Below, piece by piece: positions 1 through 9,712 of a DNA stretch of 64,000 bases. This stretch comes from a bacterium (GTDB taxonomy: Bacteria; Patescibacteriota; Minisyncoccia; Moranbacterales; GWC2-37-73), in NCBI GenBank assembly GCA_037140955.1, contig JBAXDL010000002.1, positions 28,176 to 92,175 on the forward strand, written 5' to 3'. Under the pieces are notes generated by a model. It searched no databases and was not told the origin of the DNA. It worked only from the letters and a program-made list of their open reading frames with translations. How positions within the stretch are numbered: the stretch's first letter is position 1; the number at the start of each line of letters is the position of its first letter. Made by a program: the position numbers and the translations under genes.

Positions 1-2720
1 AGGTTGTTGATCAATTAAAGCTTATCGATGGAACTTCAAAAGTAAGTGTGCTTGGAGACAAATTGAACAATTTGCAAATAGAACTGGATACAGAAAAAAT
101 AGCCACCAATCATTTGTCTGTTTCTGATGTCATTGGAGCTTTGCAAACAGCAAATGGAATCTATAGCACTGAAACACTAAAAAATAGAAGCGACAAAGAA
201 ATAATAAAAATCAATGGAAGCATCTCATCAATTAATGATGCAGAAAACATTGTCATCTTGCCAAACCAAAACAATCCGACACTGCTCAAAGATGTTGCAA
301 CAATCTCCTTTGGTCCTGGAGAAATAACCAGCAATGTCCATTACACCCAGAAAAAATCCACCCCAAAAGAAGTGGCCTATGTCACAATTGCAAAAATAAA
401 AGGTGCCAACATCAGTTCTGTTGCCAGCGTCATCACGGAAAAATTAGACATCATTAAAAAGCAAAAAGAATTTTCAAATATTGATTTTTCAGTTTTGCGA
501 GATGATGGACAAACAGCACATGAAGAAATTTCGACTCTCACCAAGCATTTAATTTTTTCCATTTTAATTGTGGTGATAATCTTGATGGCTTTTCTTGGCA
601 TGAGAAATTCATTGATCGTGGCCATTTCAATCCCACTGACATTGCTCACCTCTTTTGGCATTGGGCTTTTGGCTGGACAAACAGTCAACCGCATCACACT
701 TTTTGCTTTGATTTTGGCACTAGGACTTTTGGTTGATGATGCCATTGTTATTATTGAAAATGTGCATCGCACCATCAAAAACAATCCTGGCAAGGAAAAA
801 TCAGCATTGATAATTCAAGCAGTGGATGAAGTTGGCATGGGCGTGTTCATGTCGACAATCACAATTTTATTGGCTTTTATTCCAATGGCATTTGTGAGTG
901 GCATGATGGGACCATACATGAGTCCAATTCCATTTTTTGTTTCAGTCACCCTGTTGGTCTCCTTGTTTATTGCCTTTACTATAAATCCAGCTCTGACAGG
1001 ATTTTTCAGCACGCATGAAACTGAAGAAAAAGAAAATATTTTTGTGAAAACAATTCACAAAATTGAAAATGCCTATGCAAAATTAATCGGAAAATTAACC
1101 CAAGACAAACGAAAGAAAAACCTTGTACTAATCAGCGCTGCGGTTTTGCTGTTTATTTCTCTTTTGTTGCCACTGTTTAAAATTGTGCAATTTCGCATGC
1201 TACCAAAGGCCAACAAAGAGCAATTCTATATCTATCTTGATATGCCATCCTACATGACATATGACACAACAAACAAAGTTGCCAATGAACTTGAAAAAAG
1301 CGCGCTGGACTATGGCGAAGTTACCAGTGTTGAAAGTTTCGTTGCCACCGCACCAATTTCAGATTTCAATGGTCTTTTCAAAGGAAGCTTCATGCGCTCA
1401 GGCGAAAATCAAGCAACTTTGAAAATAAACCTCACACCAAAAAATCAGCGCAAGCAAACATCAGAACAAATTGCCATGATTCTCAGAGAAAAACTTTCCA
1501 AGGATGTTCTGACAAATGAACCTGATGCAAAAATAACAATAGTTGAAGATCCACCAGGACCACCAGTGCGCAGCACTTTCTTTTTGAAAGTTCAAGGCAA
1601 TGATCAGCAACTGCTAGATGCAACCGCCAAAGATTTGGAACAATTTGCCAAAAACATTCCTGGCATTGTTGATTTGAGAACAACCAGCGCGCAAAGATCA
1701 GTGGAAAAACAATATTCTATCGATTTTGAAAAAGCTGGAAGACTAGGAATTCAGGCGCAAGCAATAATTGAAACATTGCACATCTCCGTTTCAGGCTTTA
1801 ACGTTGCTCGATATTCAGCTGCGATGAACGACGGCGGGCGTCAAACTGAGCAGCAATTTGCCATCGTGCGCATGCGCAAGGATGATCGACAAGACATCAA
1901 CAATCTTGCAAATATTACCATCAAAAGTTCCAATGGAAACACTGTGCCAATTTCCGAGCTTTTGATTGAACAACCACTTTCAAAAGTCAGTGAAATTGCC
2001 ACTGACTCAAGACAGCAAGTCACCTATGTCAGCGGAGAAATGGGAGCGCGCAGCGTGATGTATGCAGTTTTTGATTTGTTTCCAAAACTTTTCAAGTATA
2101 AACTCAGTGACGGAACTGGACATATTGCTTCTTGGTCGCCACTTGGTGTTACCTTGGAAAATTCAGCAGGCCAACAAGTTGAAATCAAAATTGATGGCGA
2201 ATGGAAATTAACCCTAGAAATTTTCAGAGATCTAGGCATTGCCATGGGAATAGCATTATTACTGATCTATTTCGTGCTTGTCATTCAACTAAAGTCAATC
2301 ATAACCCCCCTATTAATCATGGCAACAATTCCACTAGCGATGATTGGAGTGCTGGGTGGATTTGCTATTTTAGCAGCAACCAAGGGGACATATTTCAATG
2401 CCACTTCCATGATTGGAGTTATCGCTCTTTCAGGAATTGTGGTTAAAAATGCCATCATATATCTTGCTTATCTTGATGAGCTCAAGGAGCGCAAAATGGC
2501 ACTTACCGAGGCATTGATGGAAACTGGACGCGTAAGATTGCTCCCAATACTTTTGACCTCTATGACAGCCATTCTTGGCTCAATGACAATCATTGCTGAT
2601 CCTGTTTGGGAAGGACTTGCTTGGGCTATTATTTTCGGACTTTCTGTTTCAACCATTTTAACCCTAATCATTTTCCCATTGCTCTATCAAACATTTGAAA
2701 GCAAAAAGTGGGAGAAATAA
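1..2720 (+). CDS. RND-family efflux transporter permease (AcrB/AcrD/AcrF-like), 5' end lies outside the window
   Basis: The reading frame is open from base 3, so the listed GTG at 48 is not the true start. Translation ...VVDQLKLIDGTSKVSVLGDKLNNLQIELD is a typical RND periplasmic-loop motif. Two blocks of multiple TM helices separated by large soluble domains, about 890 aa visible. Confidence 0.8.
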   Translation, partial: VVDQLKLIDGTSKVSVLGDKLNNLQIELDTEKIATNHLSVSDVIGALQTANGIYSTETLKNRSDKEIIKINGSISSINDAENIVILPNQNNPTLLKDVATISFGPGEITSNVHYTQKKSTPKEVAYVTIAKIKGANISSVASVITEKLDIIKKQKEFSNIDFSVLRDDGQTAHEEISTLTKHLIFSILIVVIILMAFLGMRNSLIVAISIPLTLLTSFGIGLLAGQTVNRITLFALILALGLLVDDAIVIIENVHRTIKNNPGKEKSALIIQAVDEVGMGVFMSTITILLAFIPMAFVSGMMGPYMSPIPFFVSVTLLVSLFIAFTINPALTGFFSTHETEEKENIFVKTIHKIENAYAKLIGKLTQDKRKKNLVLISAAVLLFISLLLPLFKIVQFRMLPKANKEQFYIYLDMPSYMTYDTTNKVANELEKSALDYGEVTSVESFVATAPISDFNGLFKGSFMRSGENQATLKINLTPKNQRKQTSEQIAMILREKLSKDVLTNEPDAKITIVEDPPGPPVRSTFFLKVQGNDQQLLDATAKDLEQFAKNIPGIVDLRTTSAQRSVEKQYSIDFEKAGRLGIQAQAIIETLHISVSGFNVARYSAAMNDGGRQTEQQFAIVRMRKDDRQDINNLANITIKSSNGNTVPISELLIEQPLSKVSEIATDSRQQVTYVSGEMGARSVMYAVFDLFPKLFKYKLSDGTGHIASWSPLGVTLENSAGQQVEIKIDGEWKLTLEIFRDLGIAMGIALLLIYFVLVIQLKSIITPLLIMATIPLAMIGVLGGFAILAATKGTYFNATSMIGVIALSGIVVKNAIIYLAYLDELKERKMALTEALMETGRVRLLPILLTSMTAILGSMTIIADPVWEGLAWAIIFGLSVSTILTLIIFPLLYQTFESKKWEK

Positions 2721-2797
2721 AATTCACGCTCAACAAAAAAACGCCATAAAACTTGTAATCAGTGGCGTTTTTTTTGTTTTTCAGATAAACTAATATT

Positions 2798-3832
2798 ATG
2801 AAATACAAGCTATATACAACTTCCTTCAAAGCTTGGGATGCCATGATTGAGGCAATCGATGGAGCATCAAAATCAATATACCTTGAAATGTATATTTTTG
2901 AACGCGACACCACTTCAAGTCATGACTTCATTGGCAAGCTGAAACAAAAAGCCCGTGATGGTGTGCGAGTCGTGATTGTGGCTGATGCCTATGGCAGCAA
3001 GAACCTGAAAAATGAATTGGCAAAATCAATGCAAGCAGCTGGCATTGAGCTTATTTTTTTTAGTCATTGGCTGCGGCACATTCACAGAAAAATATTAATC
3101 GTCGACAAAAAAATAGCCTTTGTGGGTGGGGTCAATATTGGCAAGGAATTTGCTCACTGGGATGATTTGCAACTTCGCATGAAAGGTGGAATTGTCAAAA
3201 GAATCTTGAAATCATTTGCCTATACCTATGAAATGGCTGGCGGAAAAGATCACAAAATTTTGCACTTGAAAAATGGAAAATTCACAGCAAAATTAAAATT
3301 TTTGATCATGGAGCATTGGCCAACCAAAAACATTCATACCCTGAAAAGTCATTACATCGAAAAAATTTCTAACGCCAAAAAAAGTATTCAAATTGCAACT
3401 CCATATTTCACTCCGCCACGCTGGCTCAGCTCCCTGCTCGACAGTGCCGCCAGCAGAGGCGTCGCAATTGAAATTCTCATTCCAAGCGATGTTGATTTAA
3501 AAATAATGAACAATGTGAACCGCCACTACATGAACAAATTGAATCCCTCGGGAGTAAAGTTTTATTTGTCAAAAAAAATGAATCATGCCAAGCTTCTTAT
3601 TGTTGATCATGAAGAAGGATTGATTGGTTCGCAAAACATTGACCTTGCTTCCTTTCAATTGAACTCTGAAGTAGGGATATTTTTTAAAGAAAAAAAATTG
3701 CTAACAGAACTGGAAACAACCATCAAAAAATGGAAACAGAATTCAGAAATATTCAAACCACAAAAACACAAAATGCGATTTATTGACTATGTCATCCTGG
3801 CCCTGTCAAAAATATTATATCCAATATTATAG
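2798..3832 (+). CDS. PLD-superfamily protein with two HKD motifs (cardiolipin-synthase-like, no N-terminal TM helices)
   Basis: Two HxKxxxxD motifs: HRKILIVDKKIAFVGGVNIG and HAKLLIVDHEEGLIGSQNID. 344 aa. Confidence 0.7.
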   Translation: MKYKLYTTSFKAWDAMIEAIDGASKSIYLEMYIFERDTTSSHDFIGKLKQKARDGVRVVIVADAYGSKNLKNELAKSMQAAGIELIFFSHWLRHIHRKILIVDKKIAFVGGVNIGKEFAHWDDLQLRMKGGIVKRILKSFAYTYEMAGGKDHKILHLKNGKFTAKLKFLIMEHWPTKNIHTLKSHYIEKISNAKKSIQIATPYFTPPRWLSSLLDSAASRGVAIEILIPSDVDLKIMNNVNRHYMNKLNPSGVKFYLSKKMNHAKLLIVDHEEGLIGSQNIDLASFQLNSEVGIFFKEKKLLTELETTIKKWKQNSEIFKPQKHKMRFIDYVILALSKILYPIL

Positions 3833-4014
3833 CCACAAAAAAGAGCACCCTCCAAAGACACACAGATAATTCAGAAATACTATAGAATTTTTTTGTGAAA
3901 CCTATTTCTTATGAAGCAACAGCAAGCGAGAGCGAGCTCTTAGCGAAGCAGTTATAGTTCCCAACTGCAAGCGTGCTGAAAAAGAAATAGCGTGAACAGA
4001 AAAATATCACTACT

Positions 4015-5262
4015 ATGCCAAAAATTCAAATTACCGCCAAGGGTATCAGAGCTGCACTAAAAAAATATACACCATATCAATCACTAACAGAATACATCTG
4101 GAATGGTTTTGACGCTCAAGCATCAACCATTGAAATAAACTATATCGCCAACGAATTGGGAGGAATCGAATCAATTTCAATCAGTGATAATGGCTATGGC
4201 ATTCCACATGAAAAATTGCAAGATAAATTTGAACCAGTTTTTGAATCAAAAAAAGCCCTCGAAAACAAACTCAAAAAAAATCTCTCAGCTATTCATGGAA
4301 AAAACGGAATTGGACGATTGACCTTTTTCACTTTTGCCAGAAATTCATCATGGAAAACAACATATTCCAGCGGCCAAGAAAATTTGACCTATGAAATATA
4401 TGCCAACGCTGAAAACATCAACCTATACACCGGCATCAACGCCACACCAAAAAAGACCACCGAGCAAACCGGCACAACAACAACATTTTCTGGAATTTTT
4501 GGATTGACAGCCTCTCAACTTGAAGAAAAATTTCAAGAATATTTGCTCAAAGAATTTGCCTGGTTTTTGGCACTCAACAAAAAGCGCAATTTTTCAATTC
4601 TAATCAACGGCATTGCTATTGATTTCAAAAATATTGTTGCCGACAGTGAACAATTTGAAATATTGCATCCAGACACACAAACCTTGTTTGAAGTTTCATA
4701 CATCAGATGGGAACAAAGACTCAACAATGAACCATCACGCTATTATTACATGAACGCACAGCATCAGGAGCGCTGGAAAGAGCCAACCGCCATCAAGAAC
4801 AAGGGTGAGCAATTTTATCACAGCCTTTTTGTCGAAAGTTCATATTTTGACTCTTTTGGATTTCAAAGTTCTTCGATTCAAACTCAAGATGCTCTCATTG
4901 TTGGAACCAGGAGCGATTCGCAATTTCGATTCTTGCGAAGAAAATTGGCAAACACTTTGCGCATCAAAAGAAGACCATTTCTCAAGGGTTTTGCTGAGCA
5001 ACTCTTGCTTGAATATGAGCAAAAAAATATTCTTCCAGTTGATGCCAAAGAAAATCTAAAACAAACAATCAGGATTTTATACGAAATGCAACCAAAAATT
5101 TTCAATTCGCTGAATCTTGAACAGAAAAAAATATTAGTCGGCTTGCTTGGAGCGCTCCTTGAAAGCAACAAAAATGAAGCCATTGCAGGACTTCTTGGCG
5201 GAATCATTGAGCTTACCGCTGATGAACAAGCAGAACTTGCCCAACTATTGTTGCCGGTATAG
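4015..5262 (+). CDS. Standalone GHKL (HATPase_c-like, Bergerat fold) ATPase
   Basis: N-box-like EYIWNGFDAQAS, G1 box ISDNGYGI and G2-like HGKNGIGRLTFF near the N-terminus. No kinase dimerisation/His domain and no MutL or topoisomerase C-terminal domains recognised. Confidence 0.55.
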   Translation: MPKIQITAKGIRAALKKYTPYQSLTEYIWNGFDAQASTIEINYIANELGGIESISISDNGYGIPHEKLQDKFEPVFESKKALENKLKKNLSAIHGKNGIGRLTFFTFARNSSWKTTYSSGQENLTYEIYANAENINLYTGINATPKKTTEQTGTTTTFSGIFGLTASQLEEKFQEYLLKEFAWFLALNKKRNFSILINGIAIDFKNIVADSEQFEILHPDTQTLFEVSYIRWEQRLNNEPSRYYYMNAQHQERWKEPTAIKNKGEQFYHSLFVESSYFDSFGFQSSSIQTQDALIVGTRSDSQFRFLRRKLANTLRIKRRPFLKGFAEQLLLEYEQKNILPVDAKENLKQTIRILYEMQPKIFNSLNLEQKKILVGLLGALLESNKNEAIAGLLGGIIELTADEQAELAQLLLPV

Positions 5263-5313
5263 GAAAAATGAATAACAAAAGACCGCACAGTTTTAACTAT
5301 GCGGCCAACTTTT

Positions 5314-6126
5314 TTAAGCCACTCTTGGAGGGCGAGGTCGTATTAATTTGAAGAAATTTTCCCTTGCTTCGTTTTCAAGCAATATAATATTTGCTTTTTC
5401 AAAACCAGCTTTTTTTATTTTACTCTTAAGATTCATGCTTAATCGAAAATTAATGCGAGATTCATCGCGACCAACCCTATTAAGAATAAATTGCCCCATT
5501 TTCATAGCATCAACAATTACTATTGATTCTCCATCAATACAACAGTACTGAGATCCTTTGTCGTTGCGAATGATGCAAATAAAAATTTGCCTCCTATCCC
5601 CCCTACCAAAAATTTTCTTCTTGAAATTAAAGACTGGGTATTGATAGCATAGGATTCCAATAATCAAAAGCACGCCAAGAAGAACCATGATAATCATTTT
5701 ATTTTCCAATTTTCTCTCCTCATTTCCCTGTTTGTGTTGCAATGCATTAACAATGTCAACCTTCTCAATCTTGGTTGCCTCTGTGATTATTTTCTCCTGC
5801 TCCATGGCGGCCAAGACCTCTTCCTTTGAACTTATCCTTGCAGCAACCTTTTTTTTCTCGACAGGTTTTTCAATGACATTCTCAACAATCTTTTTGCCTG
5901 GTGGTATTTCCATTTTTTGACCAGGGAAAATAAGATTTGGATTATTCTTATCTTTCAATCTCTCTTTGTTGAGCTTAATAATAACTTCATGCGAAATGTT
6001 GTAGCGCTTTGCCAATTTCCAGAAGTTATCACCTTTTTTAACAACAATTTCAATGTTTTCAGCAAAAGACATTTCAGCAAAAGACAGACCAAGCATCATC
6101 ACGGCAAACAAGACAAAAATTCTCAT
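5314..6126 (-). CDS. LysM-domain protein with signal peptide and one internal TM helix
   Basis: N-terminal signal-like MRIFVLFAVMMLGLSFA. LysM motif VKKGDNFWKLAKRYNISHEVIIKLN...IFPGQKMEIP. Charged linker, then TM MIIMVLLGVLLIIGILCY. C-terminal about 90 aa not recognised. Confidence 0.5.
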   Translation of the reverse strand: MRIFVLFAVMMLGLSFAEMSFAENIEIVVKKGDNFWKLAKRYNISHEVIIKLNKERLKDKNNPNLIFPGQKMEIPPGKKIVENVIEKPVEKKKVAARISSKEEVLAAMEQEKIITEATKIEKVDIVNALQHKQGNEERKLENKMIIMVLLGVLLIIGILCYQYPVFNFKKKIFGRGDRRQIFICIIRNDKGSQYCCIDGESIVIVDAMKMGQFILNRVGRDESRINFRLSMNLKSKIKKAGFEKANIILLENEARENFFKLIRPRPPRVA

Positions 6127-6253
6127 AACATCCCCCTTTTTATTAGCAAGATCATTGCTTTTTGGTATTAACTTGTCAAAAAACCATAGCCATTAGTACT
6201 TCTTTTGGTACCCATAAGTTAAACACACAAACACCAAGCAGTCAAGCACAAAA

Positions 6254-6276
6254 AAAGACCCCCATTGGAGGTCTTT
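6254..6276 (-). terminator. Rho-independent terminator after rplL
   Basis: aaagacc / ggtcttt stem. On the minus strand it is followed by a T-run (plus-strand A-run 6251-6256). Confidence 0.5.
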
Positions 6277-6303
6277 CGTTGTTTTTTGAAATATTCTAAC
6301 TGA

Positions 6304-6702
6304 CTATTTCAATACTACAGTTGCACCAGCTTCTTCAAGTTTCTTTTTAACTTCTTCAGCTTGAGCCTTAGCAATCTTCTCTTTGATCACTTTTGGAGCT
6401 GCATCAACCAAGTCTTTTGCTTCCTTAAGTCCAAGACCAGTGATTTCGCGAACAGCTTTAATAACGTTGATTTTTTGAGCACCAGCAGATGTCAATTCAA
6501 CATCGAAATCAGATTTTTCTTCAACAGCTTCTGCAGCAGCAGGAGCAGCTCCCATCATCATTGGAGCAGCAGCTGAAACACCAAATTTTTCTTCAAGAAC
6601 CTTCACAAGTTCAGAAAGATCCAAAACACTCATCTTCTCAATTTCTGCAACAAGTTTTTCAAATTTTGCAGGAACCACAACGTCCTTTTTTTCTTCAGTC
6701 AT
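6304..6702 (-). CDS. rplL: 50S ribosomal protein L7/L12
   Basis: Ala-rich hinge [19 protein letters not shown] and C-terminal domain ...[28 protein letters not shown]... Confidence 0.92.
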   Translation of the reverse strand: MTEEKKDVVVPAKFEKLVAEIEKMSVLDLSELVKVLEEKFGVSAAAPMMMGAAPAAAEAVEEKSDFDVELTSAGAQKINVIKAVREITGLGLKEAKDLVDAAPKVIKEKIAKAQAEEVKKKLEEAGATVVLK

Positions 6703-6813
6703 ATTTTTAGTCTTTAGTTTTCAGCTTCACTCTTTTACAGTAAAGACAAAAACTAAAATACACTTATTATTTATAAATTAACCCAAGAGCCAAATAGCAA
6801 AAGCTATCAAACC

Positions 6814-7335
6814 CTACGCTTTTTGCTCTTTTACAGCATTAAGCACCTGTACCAAACCTCTCAAATTGCCAGCCAAAACATTGACGAAACCTGAAATTGG
6901 AGCATTCAATGTTCCAACAAGTTGTCCAAGCAACTGTTCCTTTGAAGGAATCTTTGCAAGGGCTTTAACTTCAGCCGCGCTCATGATTTGTGTTCCAAGA
7001 ACACCGCCAAGCATTTTGATGTTTTCATTGGTCTTAGCAAAAGTATCAATGATTTTGGCCCCAGCAACTTCGTCAACATTTGACAATGAAACAGCAACCT
7101 GACCTTCCATACCTTTGATGCTCACTCCTTCGATTCCTGCATTTTTCAGTGCAATGTCCAAAAGAGTTTTGCGAACAACGAAATATCCAACACCCTCAGC
7201 TCTCAATGATTTTTTAAGTTCAGTTAAGTCCTTAACTTTCAAACCCTTAAAATCAACGAAAACCAAAGATTTTGCTAGCTTGATTTTATCTGTAAGCTCT
7301 TTTACAAGCTCAATTTTTTGATTCTTTGTAAGCAT
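6814..7335 (-). CDS. rplJ: 50S ribosomal protein L10
   Basis: MLTKNQKIELVKELTDKIKLAKSLVFVDFKGLKVKDLTELKKSLRAEG... Immediately upstream of rplL. Confidence 0.9.
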   Translation of the reverse strand: MLTKNQKIELVKELTDKIKLAKSLVFVDFKGLKVKDLTELKKSLRAEGVGYFVVRKTLLDIALKNAGIEGVSIKGMEGQVAVSLSNVDEVAGAKIIDTFAKTNENIKMLGGVLGTQIMSAAEVKALAKIPSKEQLLGQLVGTLNAPISGFVNVLAGNLRGLVQVLNAVKEQKA

Positions 7336-7393
7336 TTGCTTTGCATTCTACTAATTACAAATTTAATTGAAAATTTTGTAACCTCGTAGGAAT

Positions 7394-7418
7394 TAAAAAA
7401 ATCTGCGTTTCCGCAGAT
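7394..7418 (-). terminator. Rho-independent terminator after rpsP
   Basis: atctgcg-tttc-cgcagat hairpin. The plus-strand A-run 7394-7400 is a T-run on the minus strand. Confidence 0.55.
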
Positions 7419-7546
7419 CGACCTTTGAAACCACAGAAACATTCAAAATCAAATGTTCCCATAGCTCCTCGATAGGACTTATTGCTTTTGCAAGCTGCCT
7501 ACTGTCTGCGGACACTATTTCTATTTAAATTTCCCAATACTCTAAT

Positions 7547-7885
7547 TTATTCAGCCTTCTTTTCTGCAGCAGCAGGTGCGGCAACTTCAGCTTTTGCTTC
7601 TTCCACAACTGGAGCAGCTGGTTTTTCCATCTTGACCTGACGCTTCTTTCCTTCAATCACACCTTCTTTAATGAAAAGATTGTATGCACTGTTAGAAACT
7701 TGCGCTCCTTTTGCAATCCATTCTCTAATCTTATCAGCCTTAAGAACAGCAATTTTTTGATGTGGGTCATAGCTTCCAAGAACTGCAACATGTCCACCAG
7801 TAGGGGCTGCTGTGTGCTGTTGAAGCACTACTCGAAATTGAGCTCTGTTTTTTCGTCCAACGCGTGAGAATCTAATAGTCAACAT
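7547..7885 (-). CDS. rpsP: 30S ribosomal protein S16, with Ala/Glu-rich C-terminal extension
   Basis: MLTIRFSRVGRKNRAQFRVVLQQHTAAPTGGHVAVLGSYDP... Confidence 0.85.
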   Translation of the reverse strand: MLTIRFSRVGRKNRAQFRVVLQQHTAAPTGGHVAVLGSYDPHQKIAVLKADKIREWIAKGAQVSNSAYNLFIKEGVIEGKKRQVKMEKPAAPVVEEAKAEVAAPAAAEKKAE

Positions 7886-7971
7886 AATTTCCGTCTTTAT
7901 TACAATTAATTACCAGGTATTCAAAAATCCCTGTTTTTAGCCAAAATTAGGCCTTTTTTTAGTACCTATCT

Positions 7972-7999
7972 AGTATACCCCTCTTGACGAATTTGTCAA
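7972..7999 (-). promoter_or_regulatory. Candidate sigma70-type promoter for rpsP (-35 TTGACA, 16 nt spacer, -10 TATACT on the minus strand)
   Basis: Plus tgtcaa at 7994-7999 and agtata at 7972-7977, about 85 nt upstream of the rpsP start. It sits inside the ttgacgaatttgtcaa palindrome. Confidence 0.35.
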
Positions 8000-8080
8000 T
8001 AGTTTGCTAGTCAACATCCCCCATTTGCTGAAATTTCAATGCTTATAGTAAAATTTCATCATTTGCAAAAAATATAATAA

Positions 8081-8110
8081 AAACAAAAACCCTGCCGAAG
8101 CAGGGTTTTT
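8081..8110 (-). terminator. Rho-independent (bidirectional-looking) terminator after the HU gene
   Basis: ccctgc-cgaa-gcaggg stem flanked by an A-run on one side and a T-run on the other. Confidence 0.55.
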
Positions 8111-8132
8111 GAAAAGTTGAAAACTTCTAAAA

Positions 8133-8429
8133 TTACAATACTGCTTCTTTAGCAGCTTTTGCAAGACGGAATTTAACAACAGTCTTTGCAGCAATTTTGA
8201 TTTTTTCTCCAGTTGCAGGGTTCACTCCCATACGAGCCTTTCTTTTTGCTTTAACCATTTTACCAAATCCAGGAAGAACGAATTCTCCAGTCTTCTTTAC
8301 TTCTTTGTATGCAATTGCAACCAATTCATCAAAGAATCCAGTTACTTCTTTTTTTGCCAAGCCTGTTTTTTCAGACAAGACTGTCACTAGTTGTGACTTT
8401 GTCATTTTTGCCATTGTGTTTTTTTTCAT
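8133..8429 (-). CDS. HU/IHF-family DNA-binding protein
   Basis: MTKSQLVTVLSEKTGLAKKEVTGFFDELV...GKMVKAKRKARMGVNPATGEKIKIAAKTVVKFRLAKAAKEAV. The true start may be an internal Met at 8414 or 8405. Confidence 0.85.
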   Translation of the reverse strand: MKKNTMAKMTKSQLVTVLSEKTGLAKKEVTGFFDELVAIAYKEVKKTGEFVLPGFGKMVKAKRKARMGVNPATGEKIKIAAKTVVKFRLAKAAKEAVL

Positions 8430-8597
8430 TTCTAATCCAGCAATAATGCTAGTTTAAAAACAAATTATTTATTATTTATTTATCATTATGCATGTTGACT
8501 CATGCATGTCATCATTATACACCATTATTAAAAGGTTTGACAATAGGCAATTTGATTTTTGTCAATGGTCATGGTGTGTGCATTTGATTTTTAAAAT

Positions 8598-9515
8598 TTA
8601 CTTGACGTTTATTGGCGCAATATCAACTTTTTTCAGAACTGTGCGAGCAAAACAAAAATTTCCAGCATCATGTTTCCATTCATTTGTGTATTGAAAATAT
8701 TGTGGAGCAACATCATTCAAACTTGAACGCAAAAATGTTGCGCATAATTTGTATGATTTTTCATCTTCTATTTTATATTCAATATCTTTCAAGTTTCCAG
8801 TACCATATGAAAATTTTGTTGTCTGCAAATCATCCAATTTTGCTGGCAATTTTTCAGACTCACCAAAATAGCTTTGGATTGAATTGTCGATTGACTGAAT
8901 GGTGTCGATTGACTGCTGGTCAAGCTTCTTTTGCCTTGCCACATTTGGAGAGTCAATAATGAAAAAAGCCGCAATAAATGTCACACCAAGCACTAGCATG
9001 CAAACAATCATGGCATTTTTATTGATATTTGAAACATCCTCAGTTCTACGCATATCCCAGAAGTAATATCCAAAAATTCCGCCAGCAATCAAAAGAATCA
9101 CCAAAACTTTCAACAAAAAGCTGGAAGTAAAATCACCACCAAGAAAATTGACCACCAAGGTGATGAGATCGCCAATGATTGTTGCTGATGCAAAAAACAA
9201 AACAATATAGGTCAACCATTTTCTAATTTTTGACTCCAATGAAATCCTTCCAGCATTAATTCTTGCAACGATTATCCTTGAAACAAAAAGGAAGATGGGT
9301 CCAGCAATGAAGAGTGCTGCAATACCAAATTTCACAGACTCCTGAGAAAATGACTGATACAAAAGTCCCTCAGTGTCAGTCACAAATTTATCAACAAAAC
9401 CAAACAAAATAGAACCTTCACCAATAGAAACAAATGCCAGCGACAAAAAAGTCACCAAATAAAGAAAGAAATCCTGCGCGCTACTGTCTTGTTTTACTGA
9501 AATTTCATTTTCCAT
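8598..9515 (-). CDS. Hypothetical polytopic membrane protein with soluble C-terminal domain
   Basis: Four or more predicted TM helices in the first 180 aa, then a hydrophilic roughly 120-aa tail. Family not recognised. Confidence 0.4.
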   Translation of the reverse strand: MENEISVKQDSSAQDFFLYLVTFLSLAFVSIGEGSILFGFVDKFVTDTEGLLYQSFSQESVKFGIAALFIAGPIFLFVSRIIVARINAGRISLESKIRKWLTYIVLFFASATIIGDLITLVVNFLGGDFTSSFLLKVLVILLIAGGIFGYYFWDMRRTEDVSNINKNAMIVCMLVLGVTFIAAFFIIDSPNVARQKKLDQQSIDTIQSIDNSIQSYFGESEKLPAKLDDLQTTKFSYGTGNLKDIEYKIEDEKSYKLCATFLRSSLNDVAPQYFQYTNEWKHDAGNFCFARTVLKKVDIAPINVK

Positions 9516-9712
9516 ATCGGATAGTAGAAATTCAAATGGCCTTTGGCCAATATGAATCTCCTTAGTTATGTATTTTTTAATTTTAATTATATCCTACATT
9601 TATCTATACTTTTTCTATTTTTTTGAATTTTCACTATCCGACATAATTTTTAAATTTAAAATTTTATTTGAATTATTAAAGTAATACAAAAAATGAGACA
9701 GAATGTCTCATT

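Noticed and set aside
5314-6126. Whether the LysM ORF is a fusion of two genes (C-terminal 90 aa unlike the rest)
   Set aside because: There is no internal start with an upstream signal and no frame change. I kept it as one gene with an unrecognised cytoplasmic tail.
7336-7546. 210-bp rplJ/rpsP spacer searched for a tRNA or an L10 leader
   Set aside because: No cloverleaf-compatible sequence (no GTTC loop, no CCA context). Only the rpsP terminator hairpin is clear, and the L10-leader call could not be supported by eye.
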